A stretch of 64,000 nucleotides of DNA from an uncultured Nitrospiraceae bacterium (GTDB taxonomy: Bacteria; Nitrospirota; Thermodesulfovibrionia; Thermodesulfovibrionales; SM23-35): the NCBI GenBank assembly GCA_963727775.1, contig CAVSHB010000001.1:1376001-1440000 (forward strand), written 5' to 3'. Position 1 is the first letter of the stretch. Each line of letters begins with the position of its first letter. Of this stretch, positions 43,418 through 54,395 are shown piece after piece. The notes under the pieces are model-generated. The model saw nothing but the letters and a program-made list of their open reading frames with translations, was not told where the DNA came from and did no database searches. Position numbers and translations under genes: made by a program.

Positions 43418-43461
43418 TGTCGGGAGAGTTTGACTTTTTTTGTAGGGGAAGTTTGATTTTT
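43418..43461 (-). promoter_or_regulatory. Tandem 21-bp direct repeat, candidate regulator binding sites
   Basis: TGTCGGGAGAGTTTGACTTTT (43418) and TGTAGGGGAAGTTTGATTTTT (43441), 17/21 identical, 23-bp period, ~100 bp upstream of the cluster start. Confidence 0.5.
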
Positions 43462-43477
43462 GAAAAAAAAGGAAAGA

Positions 43478-44030
43478 TTATGGTAAATCTTTTCTATTAT
43501 TATTTTTTGATGAAGCTTTGTGCGCTGATGAATGCGATCTCCTGAAAATCTTTTCGATTTTGTCTCTGTAAGCCGTTGAGATCAATATAATTAAAATTGC
43601 GATTCCCAGGAGAACTGAAAACCTGTAATATTGATGACGTCGAATATAATCTACCGCCGAGTGTCAATAAAACTGTGCCCAGAAACCTTCCGGTAGTGCT
43701 GATCACCAGAAATTCTTTTAAGCTCAGATGGCCAAGTCCGAGGATATAGCAAAGGTAATCCTTAAGGAAAGCCGGGTATCAGGAAGAGTAAAAATACCAG
43801 GAAAGCCCCTTTATGGTGAAGAAGATAATCATACCGGTATAAAACCGAGAAAAGAGAGGGGACCGAGAGAATTCAGGAAAGCGGTCATTTTTTCCCTGTT
43901 GAGGAAAAAAGAGATCATGCCTGTTTTATACAGGATGAAGGTTGAACCTGCAACAATCGAAACGAGAATTGCTAATTTAAGCCATGTCTTATTTCGAAAT
44001 TTTCCTATGGGTATTCTCCTCTTTCATTAC
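43478..44030 (-). pseudogene. TVP38/TMEM64 (VTT/DedA-family) membrane protein pseudogene
   Basis: Fragments WLKLAILVSIVAG...FLNSLGPLSFLGF and FLLFLIPGFP/KDYLCYILGL...GRFLG in different frames; central part apparently missing. Confidence 0.8.
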
Positions 44031-44065
44031 GGAGACATTCCTCACTTTTTGAAATCCTTTGCCAT

Positions 44066-44839
44066 TTATTTCTCTTTCTCCTTTTTTTCAAGAAAAAGGG
44101 TGATCAGGTCTATCGGAACCGGGAAGATGATCGTTGAATTCTTCTCTGTGGCGATCTCGGTGAGCGTCTGGAGAAATCTGAGCTGCATCGCGGTCGGTGC
44201 CGTTGCAATAATGGTTGCCGCATCAGCAAGTTTCTGCGAGGCCTGGAACTCGCCTTCAGCATGGATGATCTTCGCCCTTCTCTCACGCTCGGCCTCTGCC
44301 TGCTTCGCGATCGCCCTCTGCATCTCTTCGGGCAGGTCGACGTTCTTGACCTCGACTGTGGTAACCTTAATGCCCCACGGTTCGGTCTGAAAATCGATCA
44401 CCTTCTGGAGTTCGGCGTTCAGCTGCTCCCTGTTCGTGAGCAGGTCGTCAAGCTGACTCTGGCCGAGGATGCTCCTGAGCGTTGTCTGGGCTATCTGTGA
44501 CGTTGCGAAGAAAAAATCTTCGATCGCAGTTATGGCTCTTGTCGGGTCCATAACTCTGAAATAGACAACGGCGTTTACTTTGACCGTGATATTGTCCCTG
44601 GTAATAATGTCTTGTGAAGGGACGTCCATCGTAACGATACGGAGACTTACCTTGACGAGTTTGTCAATAAGAGGCCATATGAGGACGAGTCCGGGACCCT
44701 TCACCGGTATCACCCTACCGAGCCTGAATACGACCCCGCGTTCGTATTCCTTCAGGATTTTTATTGCGCTTGAAAGAAAGTAGACGACGAGAAAAAGAAT
44801 GAAAAGAAAACTCATAAGCGACGGTCCAAATAGCTGCAT
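44066..44839 (-). CDS. SPFH/stomatin (slipin) family protein
   Basis: [39 protein letters not shown]. Confidence 0.96.
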   Translation of the reverse strand: MQLFGPSLMSFLFILFLVVYFLSSAIKILKEYERGVVFRLGRVIPVKGPGLVLIWPLIDKLVKVSLRIVTMDVPSQDIITRDNITVKVNAVVYFRVMDPTRAITAIEDFFFATSQIAQTTLRSILGQSQLDDLLTNREQLNAELQKVIDFQTEPWGIKVTTVEVKNVDLPEEMQRAIAKQAEAERERRAKIIHAEGEFQASQKLADAATIIATAPTAMQLRFLQTLTEIATEKNSTIIFPVPIDLITLFLEKKEKEK

Positions 44840-44903
44840 AATAACCTCCTTTTATTTAAATAAATAGGTTTGTTATAACAATAACTTCAAGTAAATAATG
44901 AAG

Positions 44904-46235
44904 TTATTGTTTCCTGACTTTTAACTTTAAGCCTGTCACCTCCTCGACAATAATCGTATCGCCTTTTTCAATCTGCGTGGCGGAATGTGCTGACCATCGC
45001 TCGCCCTGCAGCGAAACCATTCCGCCGTCTTTTGTTATGTCTGTATCTGCGATACCATGTGTCCCTATGAGGCCTTCAGCGCCTGTAACGGGTTTCCTCC
45101 TATATGCTTTAAATGCAAGGCTGAGTATTACAGTGAAGAATAGGGCGGTTATGATAACAGCGGGCAATATAACCGAAAGAGAGAGTTTCATAAAAGGCGC
45201 GGGAGATTCGAAAAGCATCAATGAACCTATAATCATGGCAATAATGCCTCCGATTGTGAGTATCCCGTGAGATACGATCTTTATTTCAAGAATGAAAAGG
45301 ATGAGAGCGAGTATGATAAGCAATAGTCCCGCATAATTTACCGGCAGTGTTTGAAAGGCGTAAAAAGCCAGTATGAGGCAGATCCCGCCTATCACTCCCG
45401 GGAACAAAGCACCGGGGGTTGTAAGTTCGAAAAATAAGCCATAGAAACCAAGGAGCATCATTATATAAGCGACATTCGGGTCGGAGATAAGATTGAGTAT
45501 TCTGTGCCTGATGCTTATTTCTTTCCTTATTACAACCACATCCTTTGTATCGAGAATTTTAACGCCGGATACAGTCTGTACTTTCTTCCCGTCAATATCG
45601 TGAAGGAGAGAATTCAGGTCCTTTGTTATAAAGTCTATTATGTGTTCTTTCAAAGCCTCGGTCTCAGTAGCGGATATGCTTTTCCTTACAGCGTCTTCAG
45701 CCCATTTCGCATTTTTTCCTTTGCTCTCCGCAAGTGATTTGATATACGCTGCAGCGTCATTGGTCGCCTTTTCAGCCATTGTCTTATCCATCTTTTCAGT
45801 TATGCTTACGGGATGCGCTGCTCCGATATTTGTACCCGGCGCCATCGCAGCAATATGGGCGGCCATAGTAATGAATACCCCGGCAGACGCAGCCCTGCTG
45901 CCGCTCGGATAGACAAAGACAACAACAGGTACTTCACTTCCGATAATTTCTTTAACAATATTTCTCATGGAGGTGTCCAACCCGCCGGGGGTATCAAGTT
46001 CTATCACCAAAGCCTCAGCTTTTTTCTCATTAGCATTTCTGATGCTCTTACCGATGAACTCGGCCGCAACAGGATTGATGACACCGGCAACAGTTATGAC
46101 CATAACTTCTTTTTTACGGTCGGCTTTTTTAATTTCATCGGAATAGGCATGGGAACAGAAAAGAAACAGGAGGATCAACAGCAGGGATTTAATAGTAAAG
46201 GACTTATTTATTTGGATTCTAGGACTGCCTCTCAT
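44904..46235 (-). CDS. nfeD: NfeD family membrane-bound ClpP-class serine protease
   Basis: LDTPGG, AASAG, MAPGTNIGAAHP, TM region, C-terminal OB domain; paired with slipin. Confidence 0.94.
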   Translation of the reverse strand: MRGSPRIQINKSFTIKSLLLILLFLFCSHAYSDEIKKADRKKEVMVITVAGVINPVAAEFIGKSIRNANEKKAEALVIELDTPGGLDTSMRNIVKEIIGSEVPVVVFVYPSGSRAASAGVFITMAAHIAAMAPGTNIGAAHPVSITEKMDKTMAEKATNDAAAYIKSLAESKGKNAKWAEDAVRKSISATETEALKEHIIDFITKDLNSLLHDIDGKKVQTVSGVKILDTKDVVVIRKEISIRHRILNLISDPNVAYIMMLLGFYGLFFELTTPGALFPGVIGGICLILAFYAFQTLPVNYAGLLLIILALILFILEIKIVSHGILTIGGIIAMIIGSLMLFESPAPFMKLSLSVILPAVIITALFFTVILSLAFKAYRRKPVTGAEGLIGTHGIADTDITKDGGMVSLQGERWSAHSATQIEKGDTIIVEEVTGLKLKVRKQ

Positions 46236-46493
46236 AGTATACTAAAGTATAGGTATTATGAAAGCAAAATGCAATTCCAGTCCGCCATCTTAGTCAGACT
46301 GACATCCTATGCGGACCGATCCTTGTGAAAAGGGATTACTATTAGTAATAGTAGGGCAATTTCCATAAGTAACGTATTCATATTTATCTATCCATGATCA
46401 GAAAGAAAAGATTCAGTTAATATGCAATGGCATATTAAATATGCTATTATTTTAATATATGTAAGGTTAAGCAAGAAAGGTAAGGTGATTGTT

Positions 46494-46748
46494 ATGACGA
46501 CGGCAGCAGTAAAAATTACTAAGAAGGGGCAAGTAACTATCCCAAAGGAAATTCGTGAAAAACTGAAGACCAGCACGATCTACTTTGATATAGTGGATGA
46601 CACGATTATGGTCAAAGCGGTAAGAGACGCCGCTGGCTCCTTGCAATCATATGCAAGAAATGTGAAGCCGGGTACGCCGATGAAACAGATAAAAGAAAAA
46701 GCTTGGGAGGCCGTGGCACATGAAAAAGCCAGAAAAAAGTCTTCCTGA
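46494..46748 (+). CDS. vapB: AbrB/MazE-fold antitoxin (VapB)
   Basis: KITKKGQVTIPKEIREKL; overlaps the PIN gene. Confidence 0.9.
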   Translation: MTTAAVKITKKGQVTIPKEIREKLKTSTIYFDIVDDTIMVKAVRDAAGSLQSYARNVKPGTPMKQIKEKAWEAVAHEKARKKSS

Positions 46749-47142
46749 TACAAATGCTATTATCCGATATCTTACGAAAGACGATGAGGTATTGTACTCA
46801 AAGGCCAAAGAATTTTTCGATAGGGTGAAAAATGGAAGCTGCAAGGTGATCATCGTAGAAAGCGTTATCGCTGAATGTATTTATGTGCTCACAAAGGTCT
46901 ACAAAGTTCCGAAAAATGAGGCAGCGGCAAGCCTTAAGGATATTTTACATTATAAGGGAGTCGCCAATGAGGACCAAAAAGAACTTATTCGTGCACTGAC
47001 TCTTTTCCAGGACCGTAACATTGATATCGTCGATTGCATCTTGTGCGTAAAGTCCACGAATCCTGATCTGAGTCTCTTTTCTTTTGACGACGACCTCAAT
47101 AAGATAAACGCTTCTCTATCCGTATCCCAACGTGAAAATTAA
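46720..47142 (+). CDS. vapC: PIN-domain toxin (VapC)
   Basis: DTNAIIRYL, VIAEC, DIVDC, FSFDDDL acidic PIN residues. Confidence 0.9.
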   Translation: MKKPEKSLPDTNAIIRYLTKDDEVLYSKAKEFFDRVKNGSCKVIIVESVIAECIYVLTKVYKVPKNEAAASLKDILHYKGVANEDQKELIRALTLFQDRNIDIVDCILCVKSTNPDLSLFSFDDDLNKINASLSVSQREN

Positions 47143-47389
47143 AGAAATCCTTTGTCCAGTCCATACGCAAAGACTTTCGAAGCGGACTAAGCAGTGCGAT
47201 GTTTTCCCTATATCAAACGCCCTCGATGGACCGAGCCGAGCAATGATCTGTGCAGATTCAGGTCTCAATAACACATAGAACTAAATAGGCCCAATTTTTT
47301 CTAACAGTGCAGATTTCTTCTGCAACCACGTCATCCGTTCTCTTGAGGAAATTTGAATATTACTTTTACAAACAGAGGAGACGGGTCCC

Positions 47390-50300
47390 TTATTCAGGGA
47401 TTGGCAAAGTGAAATAGAATGTCGAGCCTTTGCCGGGCTCCGACTCCACCCAGATGCGGCCTCCGTGCCGTTCCACTATCTTCTGGCATATGGCAAGCCC
47501 TATGCCGGTTCCATGATATTCGGACTTGCTGTGCAACCGGTGAAATACAGCGAATATTTTCTCAGAGTCTTCAGGATCTATACCAATCCCATTATCGTGA
47601 ACCGAAAAGTTATACTCCGATCCCTCTTTTTTCGCTGATATATGTATTTTGGGAGTATCTTTGCAAAACTTGATCGCATTCCCTATTAAGTTCTGGAATA
47701 GACTCGTCAGTTGAGTGGCATCTCCTTGTACCGCTGGAAGCGGTTCATCCAAAGTGATATCTGCGCTCTTTTCGCTGACGGCATTACTTAAGTTGAAAAT
47801 TGCCTTTGTTACACATAGCGACGTATTTGTTTCCTTAAAGGAATTGTTATCGCTCCCCACCTTCGCATATTCAAGGACGTCGAGAATAAGTGCCTGCATA
47901 TCTTTGACACCGGTCGTGATAAAGTGCATAAACTCATCCGCCTTATTGTCAAGCTTGCCACGGTATCTCCTTGCCAGCAGTTGTACGAAACCTTCAACGT
48001 TCCTGAGCGGCGACTGCAGGTCATGGGACGCAATATATGCAAACTGTTGCAAGTCTGAATTGGAGCGTTTGAGTTCCTCTGTGAGCTTATGCAATGCTTC
48101 CTCCGCCTTTGTGCGAGCAGCTCTCGTTCGCATGACTTCGATTCCATACGACAGGTCGTCTGCGAGTTCGGTCAATAGTTTCACTTCGGCCTCCGAGAAT
48201 GGATCGGCTTCAGGGGAATAAATCGTAAGTGAGCCGAATACTTTGTTCTCAGACCATAGGGGGAATACGATTGAAGATGCATAGCCGCGCCGTCTCGCCT
48301 GTTCGCGCCAAGGCGCGAAGGCCGGGTCGTTTAACATATTGCGACATATGGAGACTTTGCCTGTGCGGATAGCCGTGCCTGTCGGTCCACGGCCCCGCTC
48401 TCTGTCTGCCCATGTAAGATTCAATGTTTCAAGATAGCCGTCCTCGAAGCCTGCGTAAGCCACGGGCCGCACTGATTTATCCTCGTCATTTTCCGCGAAA
48501 CCTATCCAGACCATGCTATAGCCGCAGTCCTCCACTATAATCCTGCAAACGTCCTCCAAGAACTCTTCTTCGTCTTTGGCCCTGATTACAGCTTGACTAC
48601 TGTCACTCAGAGCCTTCAGAGTTTTGTTCAACCTTAGGAGATCTGCCTCAGCCCGCTTGCGCTCGGTAATATCTTCGGTGAAAATGACAATGCCGCCAAG
48701 TTCCCCAGAGCCAGTGTGCCAGGGTCGCACTTCCCAACAAAGCCATTGTACTGATCCGTCTGCACGCTCGAAAGGGTCTTCATCAGCGCGCACGACTTCT
48801 CCGCCCAGCCCACGGCGATGGACTTCTTTCCAGTACTCGGGGATTTCAGGAAAGACCTCGTAATGGGAAATGCCAAGCAGGTTGCGCTCTTCGAGACCGT
48901 AGTCTGCAAGCCAGCGACGACTCACGCTCAGATAGCGCATCTCGCGATCAAACATTGCCAGAGAAGCGGGTGCGTGGTCGATGAATAGGCGCAGCCGCTC
49001 CTCGCTCTCGCGAAGCGCATCCTCTGCCCGCCTACGCGCGGTGATGTCGTGGGCAACATGGACCGATCCGATCATGCGCCTTTTCTCATCGTACAATGGG
49101 GTAGTGCTGACTACAAAGTCACCCCCAAGGAGGTCCTCGTGCACTTCCTCAATATGTTCTACTCCATCAGCCAACGTTCTCGAATGAGGACAGAATGATG
49201 GCGGGGCCGATGTGCCATGAACAGCCTTGTAGCAATGAAGGCCTACACACTCCTCGGGCTTCAGACCCAAACGCTGTGCCATTGCCTGATTCACCCGTAT
49301 AACCCGATGCTGATTGTCGAGGATTGCGATCATGTCCGGCACGCTGTCGAATGTCCGCTCCCATTCCTCCTTGGCCCGGATAATCGCTTCCTCCGCCTTT
49401 TTGCGTTCGGAGATATCGCGAATCGCAGTGTGACGGCTCCCACTGCCCGGGGACGCGGTCCGCCCGTTTGCCTCAACAGCGATCCGCGTGCCGTCCTTGC
49501 GGAGCATGGTGTGTTCGATCAACGACTCCCTGCCCTGCCAGATATTCGCCATCACCCGCTCACGATCCTCGGGGATAATAAGACTGGCAATCTCCAACCC
49601 CTTCAGCTCTGACACGGTGTAGCCCATCATCTGGGCAAACTGCTTGTTGCAGTCCACAATCCGGCCCGCTTCGCTTTCGACAATGCCTTCAAAGGTCACC
49701 TCCGCAAACACCGCCAAACGTGCCTGACTGTCGTGCAAGGCCGCTTCACACTCATAGGCAGTTGCCTTGTCCCGGCTCCGCCGGTAGAGTTCGGAGACCC
49801 CGCTCATAAATAGGCCCATGCCGGTAAAAATGACGAGCCCCAAGCGGTCAGCTGGCGAAGCAATAGCAAACCCTTCCGGAGGCAGAATGTAGTATGCCGT
49901 CGTCAAGCCCGCTAATGCCGTCGCCAGCAAGCCAGGCCCAAAGCCAGCCAGCAAAGCCACCGCCATTACCGCCGGATAGAACGTGAGGTAGGCAGGTAAG
50001 CCGGGGCCGATCGATCCATGCCGTCAGCGCGAGACGCAACCCCATGGCCGCACACGCAGCTACCACCGACATCGTATAGCGCAAAGCCAACTGGAGGGGC
50101 GGCTGATTCCGGATCGCCAGCAGCAACTCGTTCCTTCGCCACTCTTCTTCCACTGCCGCTAACGTAATTCTCCGGACACCGCTTTCGCGCGCTGCCGACA
50201 GCACCGCTATGCACATATAGACCGTGCCGAAGAATTGCGTAAATCGTGCGACCCATTGGAGGGGAGAGTTCTTCACTGCAATCGCCATGGACCCGCTCAA

Positions 50301-50963
50301 ACCGGTTGCAAGCAGAACTAGTCCCAGCGCATACCAGTAGAGGAATGGCGACGCACTGCGGCGGTTTGTCTGCCAAAGAAGTCCGGCCGTGAGGAGGAAG
50401 AGTGCTACGGCCATGCTCACCACTATGCTTCGCAGCAGAGTACCGCCCTGTCCGTCGATGAAGAATACCGGCATCCAACCCGCGAAGGCGCCCCAGATGA
50501 CCAGTCCCATCGCCGCTACACCGCCCGCATAAGTAATCACCAACCACGTGGCGGAATGCCTCAGATGGATCTTGAGCTGGGAAGTGATTGAAACGCCGAT
50601 AAAATGGCATATTGCCCCCAGCAAGGCGGATGTATTGTAGATCGCAAAAGCCGTGTCTGAGCTTCGAGTGAATCCGATGGGCATAGCCGTCACGCCGATA
50701 TCCATCATTAGCATGCCACAACCAAGCATCAGGACGCTGGGTTGCCCGTTAGCCAGGAAACTGCGTGCTGCTGGAATAACAATGAATGCAACGCCGAGGG
50801 CCACGGAACCATAATGGACGAGCCAGTACAAAAGCGGCAAAGACCAAGCGATACGCACGTCCACCACCCATAGAGCGGTCATTATCGTCAGCAGCAGTGG
50901 GATCGGCAACCAAGCCAGCCGGTGCCAACGACTGGGTACCTGAGGCTGTGTCTCGCCCTTCAT
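47390..50963 (-). pseudogene. Multi-TM (MASE-like) + DUF4118 + 3xPAS + GAF histidine kinase split by a 4-bp duplication
   Basis: GATCGATC at 50009-50016; removing one GATC fuses the two ORFs (..[23 protein letters not shown]..) into 1189 aa; kinase core [26 protein letters not shown]. Confidence 0.85.
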
Positions 50964-51556
50964 TGGTGCTCCTTATAGAAGTCTATCGCAGATTAATATC
51001 AATACCAATCTTATCATTATTATTTATTCTTTTAACAGGGGGACTTTTCCCGAGATTCAAGAAGGTGAGTGGAAAACTTGACTGCATTCACGGATTCGAA
51101 AACTAAACGCTTTGAATGTAGAATGAAATCAATGATAACCTCGTTGTTCATATGTATTTCGACACTTTTCGCCTCTATCACCGTTGCGACTTTGATGAGC
51201 AATTAGTTAAACGCTTCGATCTGCTGAAAACGTGTGTTCGTGGCTGGAGAACTACGTTTATCTATCACTTTGGAGAACGTTTGTTTGATGAAGTACGTGA
51301 AAACGGTATCTGAGGCTATTATGCAAGAGGGAGCTTTGTTATTCGCGGTGAGTAGACGGGGTACTGAGCAAAAACATGGTATTTCCTTCGGGGTGTACTC
51401 TGCCGACAGTTTCTAACGTCAGGACAACTATTAACATGTGTAGTCTAAATTCCGAATTCTGTATGCATCACCTTAACGTGCTTTATATTCCGAAAAATAA
51501 ACAAAACAGCAATAATAATTTCACATGCTTTGATATCAAAACTCCCCTCCTTTTTA

Positions 51557-52489
51557 TTAGTCTTCTAACAATTCCCTTATAGTGAGCAATACCGATTCGC
51601 TGAGCGCATGAAGATTATAACCTCCTTCAAGCGCAAACACATACGGTATAGACGGAAGATATGTCGTCGTTTTCTTTAGAAGAATCCCCCTCACTATATT
51701 CCTCATTCCCTCATATGTGACATTGATACCTGACAAAGGGTCATCGGCGTGTATATCATAACCTGCGGATATAAGTATGATGTCCGGACGGAAGTTTTTG
51801 ATTAATCCGGGCAGGATATCACGGTACGCGTAATAGTAATCTTTATCTCCCGATCCGGGACGCAAAGCTATGTTATATGTAAAGCCTTCACCTCTGCCCT
51901 TTCCCCGCTCGGTATCTTTTCCGGTACCGGGATAGTGAGGATACTGGTGAGTGCTGAAATAAAAAACAGTATCATCTTCTTCGAAGCTGTGCTGGGTGCC
52001 GTTTCCGTGATGGACATCAAAATCAATGATGAATATTTTTTCGTACCCGACCTTCTGGGCATAACGGGCCCCCACTGCAATATTATTGAAGATGCAGAAA
52101 CCCATCGCGGTGTCCGCTTCGGCGTGATGGCCGGGTGGCCGCACAGCGCAGAATGCCCTTTCTATTTCTCCTTTTCTGCACCTGTCTATAGCTTCAATGA
52201 CAGCGCCAGCAGCGAACATTGCCGCCTCAAATGAGTTTTCAGAGATGTATGTGTCGGGGTCATAATAACCTGTGAATTTTTTTATGCTGTCGAAATATTC
52301 CCTGGTATGAATTGACAGTATATCTTCGTCTTTTGCCCTTCGGGGTTTAATCTGAATAAGCTTATTCCAGAGGTCGGAATTTTTCAGGGCGTCTGTTATG
52401 GCAATTAGTCTTTTGGAGGATTCGGGATGTCCGATGGGCATCTCGTGTTTAAGGAATATGTCGTCGTATACGAAACCGATTTTTTTCAT
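51557..52489 (-). CDS. Histone deacetylase family protein (AcuC/HDAC class II-like)
   Basis: GHPES, RPPGHHA, GFCIFNN, DFDVHHGNGTQ, SAGYD, LEGGY. Confidence 0.95.
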   Translation of the reverse strand: MKKIGFVYDDIFLKHEMPIGHPESSKRLIAITDALKNSDLWNKLIQIKPRRAKDEDILSIHTREYFDSIKKFTGYYDPDTYISENSFEAAMFAAGAVIEAIDRCRKGEIERAFCAVRPPGHHAEADTAMGFCIFNNIAVGARYAQKVGYEKIFIIDFDVHHGNGTQHSFEEDDTVFYFSTHQYPHYPGTGKDTERGKGRGEGFTYNIALRPGSGDKDYYYAYRDILPGLIKNFRPDIILISAGYDIHADDPLSGINVTYEGMRNIVRGILLKKTTTYLPSIPYVFALEGGYNLHALSESVLLTIRELLED

Positions 52490-52525
52490 AATCAGATGTT
52501 ATTTATTCGATAGTGAAAACAATAA

Positions 52526-54289
52526 TTAAAACAAGCCTTTAACCTTGCCGGTCTCAACATCTACATCAACCCTTCTGAAAGCGGGATCAGAGGCGGTCCC
52601 GGGCATTAATTTAACAGCGCCTGCGACAGGCACAATAAAACCGGCGCCCTTATAGGTAAGAATATCACGCACGAAAAGTTTCCATCCCTTTGGAACGCCT
52701 TTTAAATTCGGATTGTCAGAAAGACTAAGGTGTGTTTTGACCATACATGTTCCGAGTTTGGATATTTCAGGGTCGTCTTCCATCCTCTTCGCTTTTGCCG
52801 AGGCTTCAGGCGAGTATTCGACCCCGTCGGCGCCGTATACCTCTTCGGCAATCATCTCGATACGCTTGCGCAATGGCGTAGTCAGTTCGTAAAGGAATTT
52901 AAAATTGTTCGGCTCGTTGCAGGCGTCTATAACGGCATCGGCAAGCTCTAAAGCTCCTTCGCCGCCATATTGCCAGTGCTTTGACAATGCGACCCGTGCT
53001 CCTGCCGACTCAGCAAGTCTTCTTACTGTTTTGATTTCATTGTCCGTGTCGGTGAAAAAGGCGTTGATACAGACTACCGGATTAATGCCCGCTTTCTTTA
53101 CTGTCCTGATATGCTGGGCAAGATTCTCGCATCCCTTTTCAACCCATTCTACATTTTCATTTTTATATTCCGCCGGCATAGGTTTTCCGGGCACGGGAAT
53201 CGGGGCGCCGCCGTGACATTTCAATGCCCTTATTGTAGAGACAATAACAGATGCATTGGGTTTTAAACCTGAAAATCTGCACTTTAGGTTCCAGAATTTC
53301 TCAAACCCTATGTCCGCACCAAAACCCGATTCTGTTATATGGTAATCTCCTAGCTTCAGGCCTATCCTGTCGGCGATGATTGAAGACTGTCCGATAGCGA
53401 TATTGGCGAAAGGACCGGCGTGAACAAGCACAGGCTGTCCTTCGATAGTCTGCATAAGGTTGGGATTTAACGCTTCGACCATCCAGGCCGCCATTGCGCC
53501 TGCGACTTCAAGTGCCTCTGTAGTCACCGGGTTGCCTTTTTTATCATAAGCAACGACGATCTTTCCCATCCGTTCACGCATGTCTTTCAGGTCCTTCGAA
53601 ACCGCAAGGATGGCCATTATTTCCGACGAGACAGCAATGGCGAATCCGGAATTCATCATAAAGCCGTCACTCTTGCCGCCGATACCGATTATTATCTCTC
53701 TCAATGACTGAGCGCAAAAATCCATGATCCATTTCATCTCGACATTACGCGGGTCGATGTTAAGTCTTTGTAACTTACGCTTTGCAAGCTGCTCGTCAGT
53801 ATAGTTGAATTCGTGCTGCATACGGGAGGTAAGGGCCACCATAGCGAGGTTATGCGCGTTCATAATAGCGTTTATATCTCCGGTAAGCCCGAGTGAAAAA
53901 GGCGTCAATGGAATACACTGTGACAGCCCCCCGCCTGCTGCAGAACCTTTGATGTTCATGGTCGGGCCACCTGACGGCTGCCGTATGGCGGCTATAACAC
54001 TCTTGCCTCTTTTTCCGAGTCCTTCGGTGAGGCCCATGGTTGTCGTAGATTTTCCTTCACCGAGAGGTGTAGGAGTGATAGCAGTTACATTAATGTATTT
54101 TCCGTCGGGTTTGTTGTTAAGACGATTCAGTATGTTCTTGAAATCGAGTTTTGCCACATAATGACCGTGAGGAAGGAGTTCCTGTTTTTCCAGGCCCAAC
54201 TCCTCGCTTAATTGATAGACCGTTTTCATGTGAGATTCCGCTGCTTCTGCAATCTCCCAATCTGCATGCTTTGTTGGATCAAGCGGCAT
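52526..54289 (-). CDS. fhs: Formate--tetrahydrofolate ligase
   Basis: [34 protein letters not shown]. Confidence 0.97.
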   Translation of the reverse strand: MPLDPTKHADWEIAEAAESHMKTVYQLSEELGLEKQELLPHGHYVAKLDFKNILNRLNNKPDGKYINVTAITPTPLGEGKSTTTMGLTEGLGKRGKSVIAAIRQPSGGPTMNIKGSAAGGGLSQCIPLTPFSLGLTGDINAIMNAHNLAMVALTSRMQHEFNYTDEQLAKRKLQRLNIDPRNVEMKWIMDFCAQSLREIIIGIGGKSDGFMMNSGFAIAVSSEIMAILAVSKDLKDMRERMGKIVVAYDKKGNPVTTEALEVAGAMAAWMVEALNPNLMQTIEGQPVLVHAGPFANIAIGQSSIIADRIGLKLGDYHITESGFGADIGFEKFWNLKCRFSGLKPNASVIVSTIRALKCHGGAPIPVPGKPMPAEYKNENVEWVEKGCENLAQHIRTVKKAGINPVVCINAFFTDTDNEIKTVRRLAESAGARVALSKHWQYGGEGALELADAVIDACNEPNNFKFLYELTTPLRKRIEMIAEEVYGADGVEYSPEASAKAKRMEDDPEISKLGTCMVKTHLSLSDNPNLKGVPKGWKLFVRDILTYKGAGFIVPVAGAVKLMPGTASDPAFRRVDVDVETGKVKGLF

Positions 54290-54395
54290 TTTAATAACCC
54301 TCCTGTATAAAAGTATTAAGTAGGCAGTAAACAGTAGATAGGTGGTACAGACTCAAAATTAATTCTGTATGCCGCCCACTGTATGCTTACTTAGG

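Noticed and set aside
43728..44390. 220-aa plus-strand ORF
   Set aside because: Antisense shadow of the slipin gene and the TVP38 pseudogene
49966..50721. 251-aa alternative-frame ORF in the kinase region
   Set aside because: Off-frame product of a GC-rich gene; no domain character
50964..51556. ~600-bp intergenic region with short ORFs
   Set aside because: No recognisable RNA motif, repeat or protein family by eye
54290..54395. THF or ZTP riboswitch before fhs
   Set aside because: Only a simple long hairpin; no consensus elements of either class recognised
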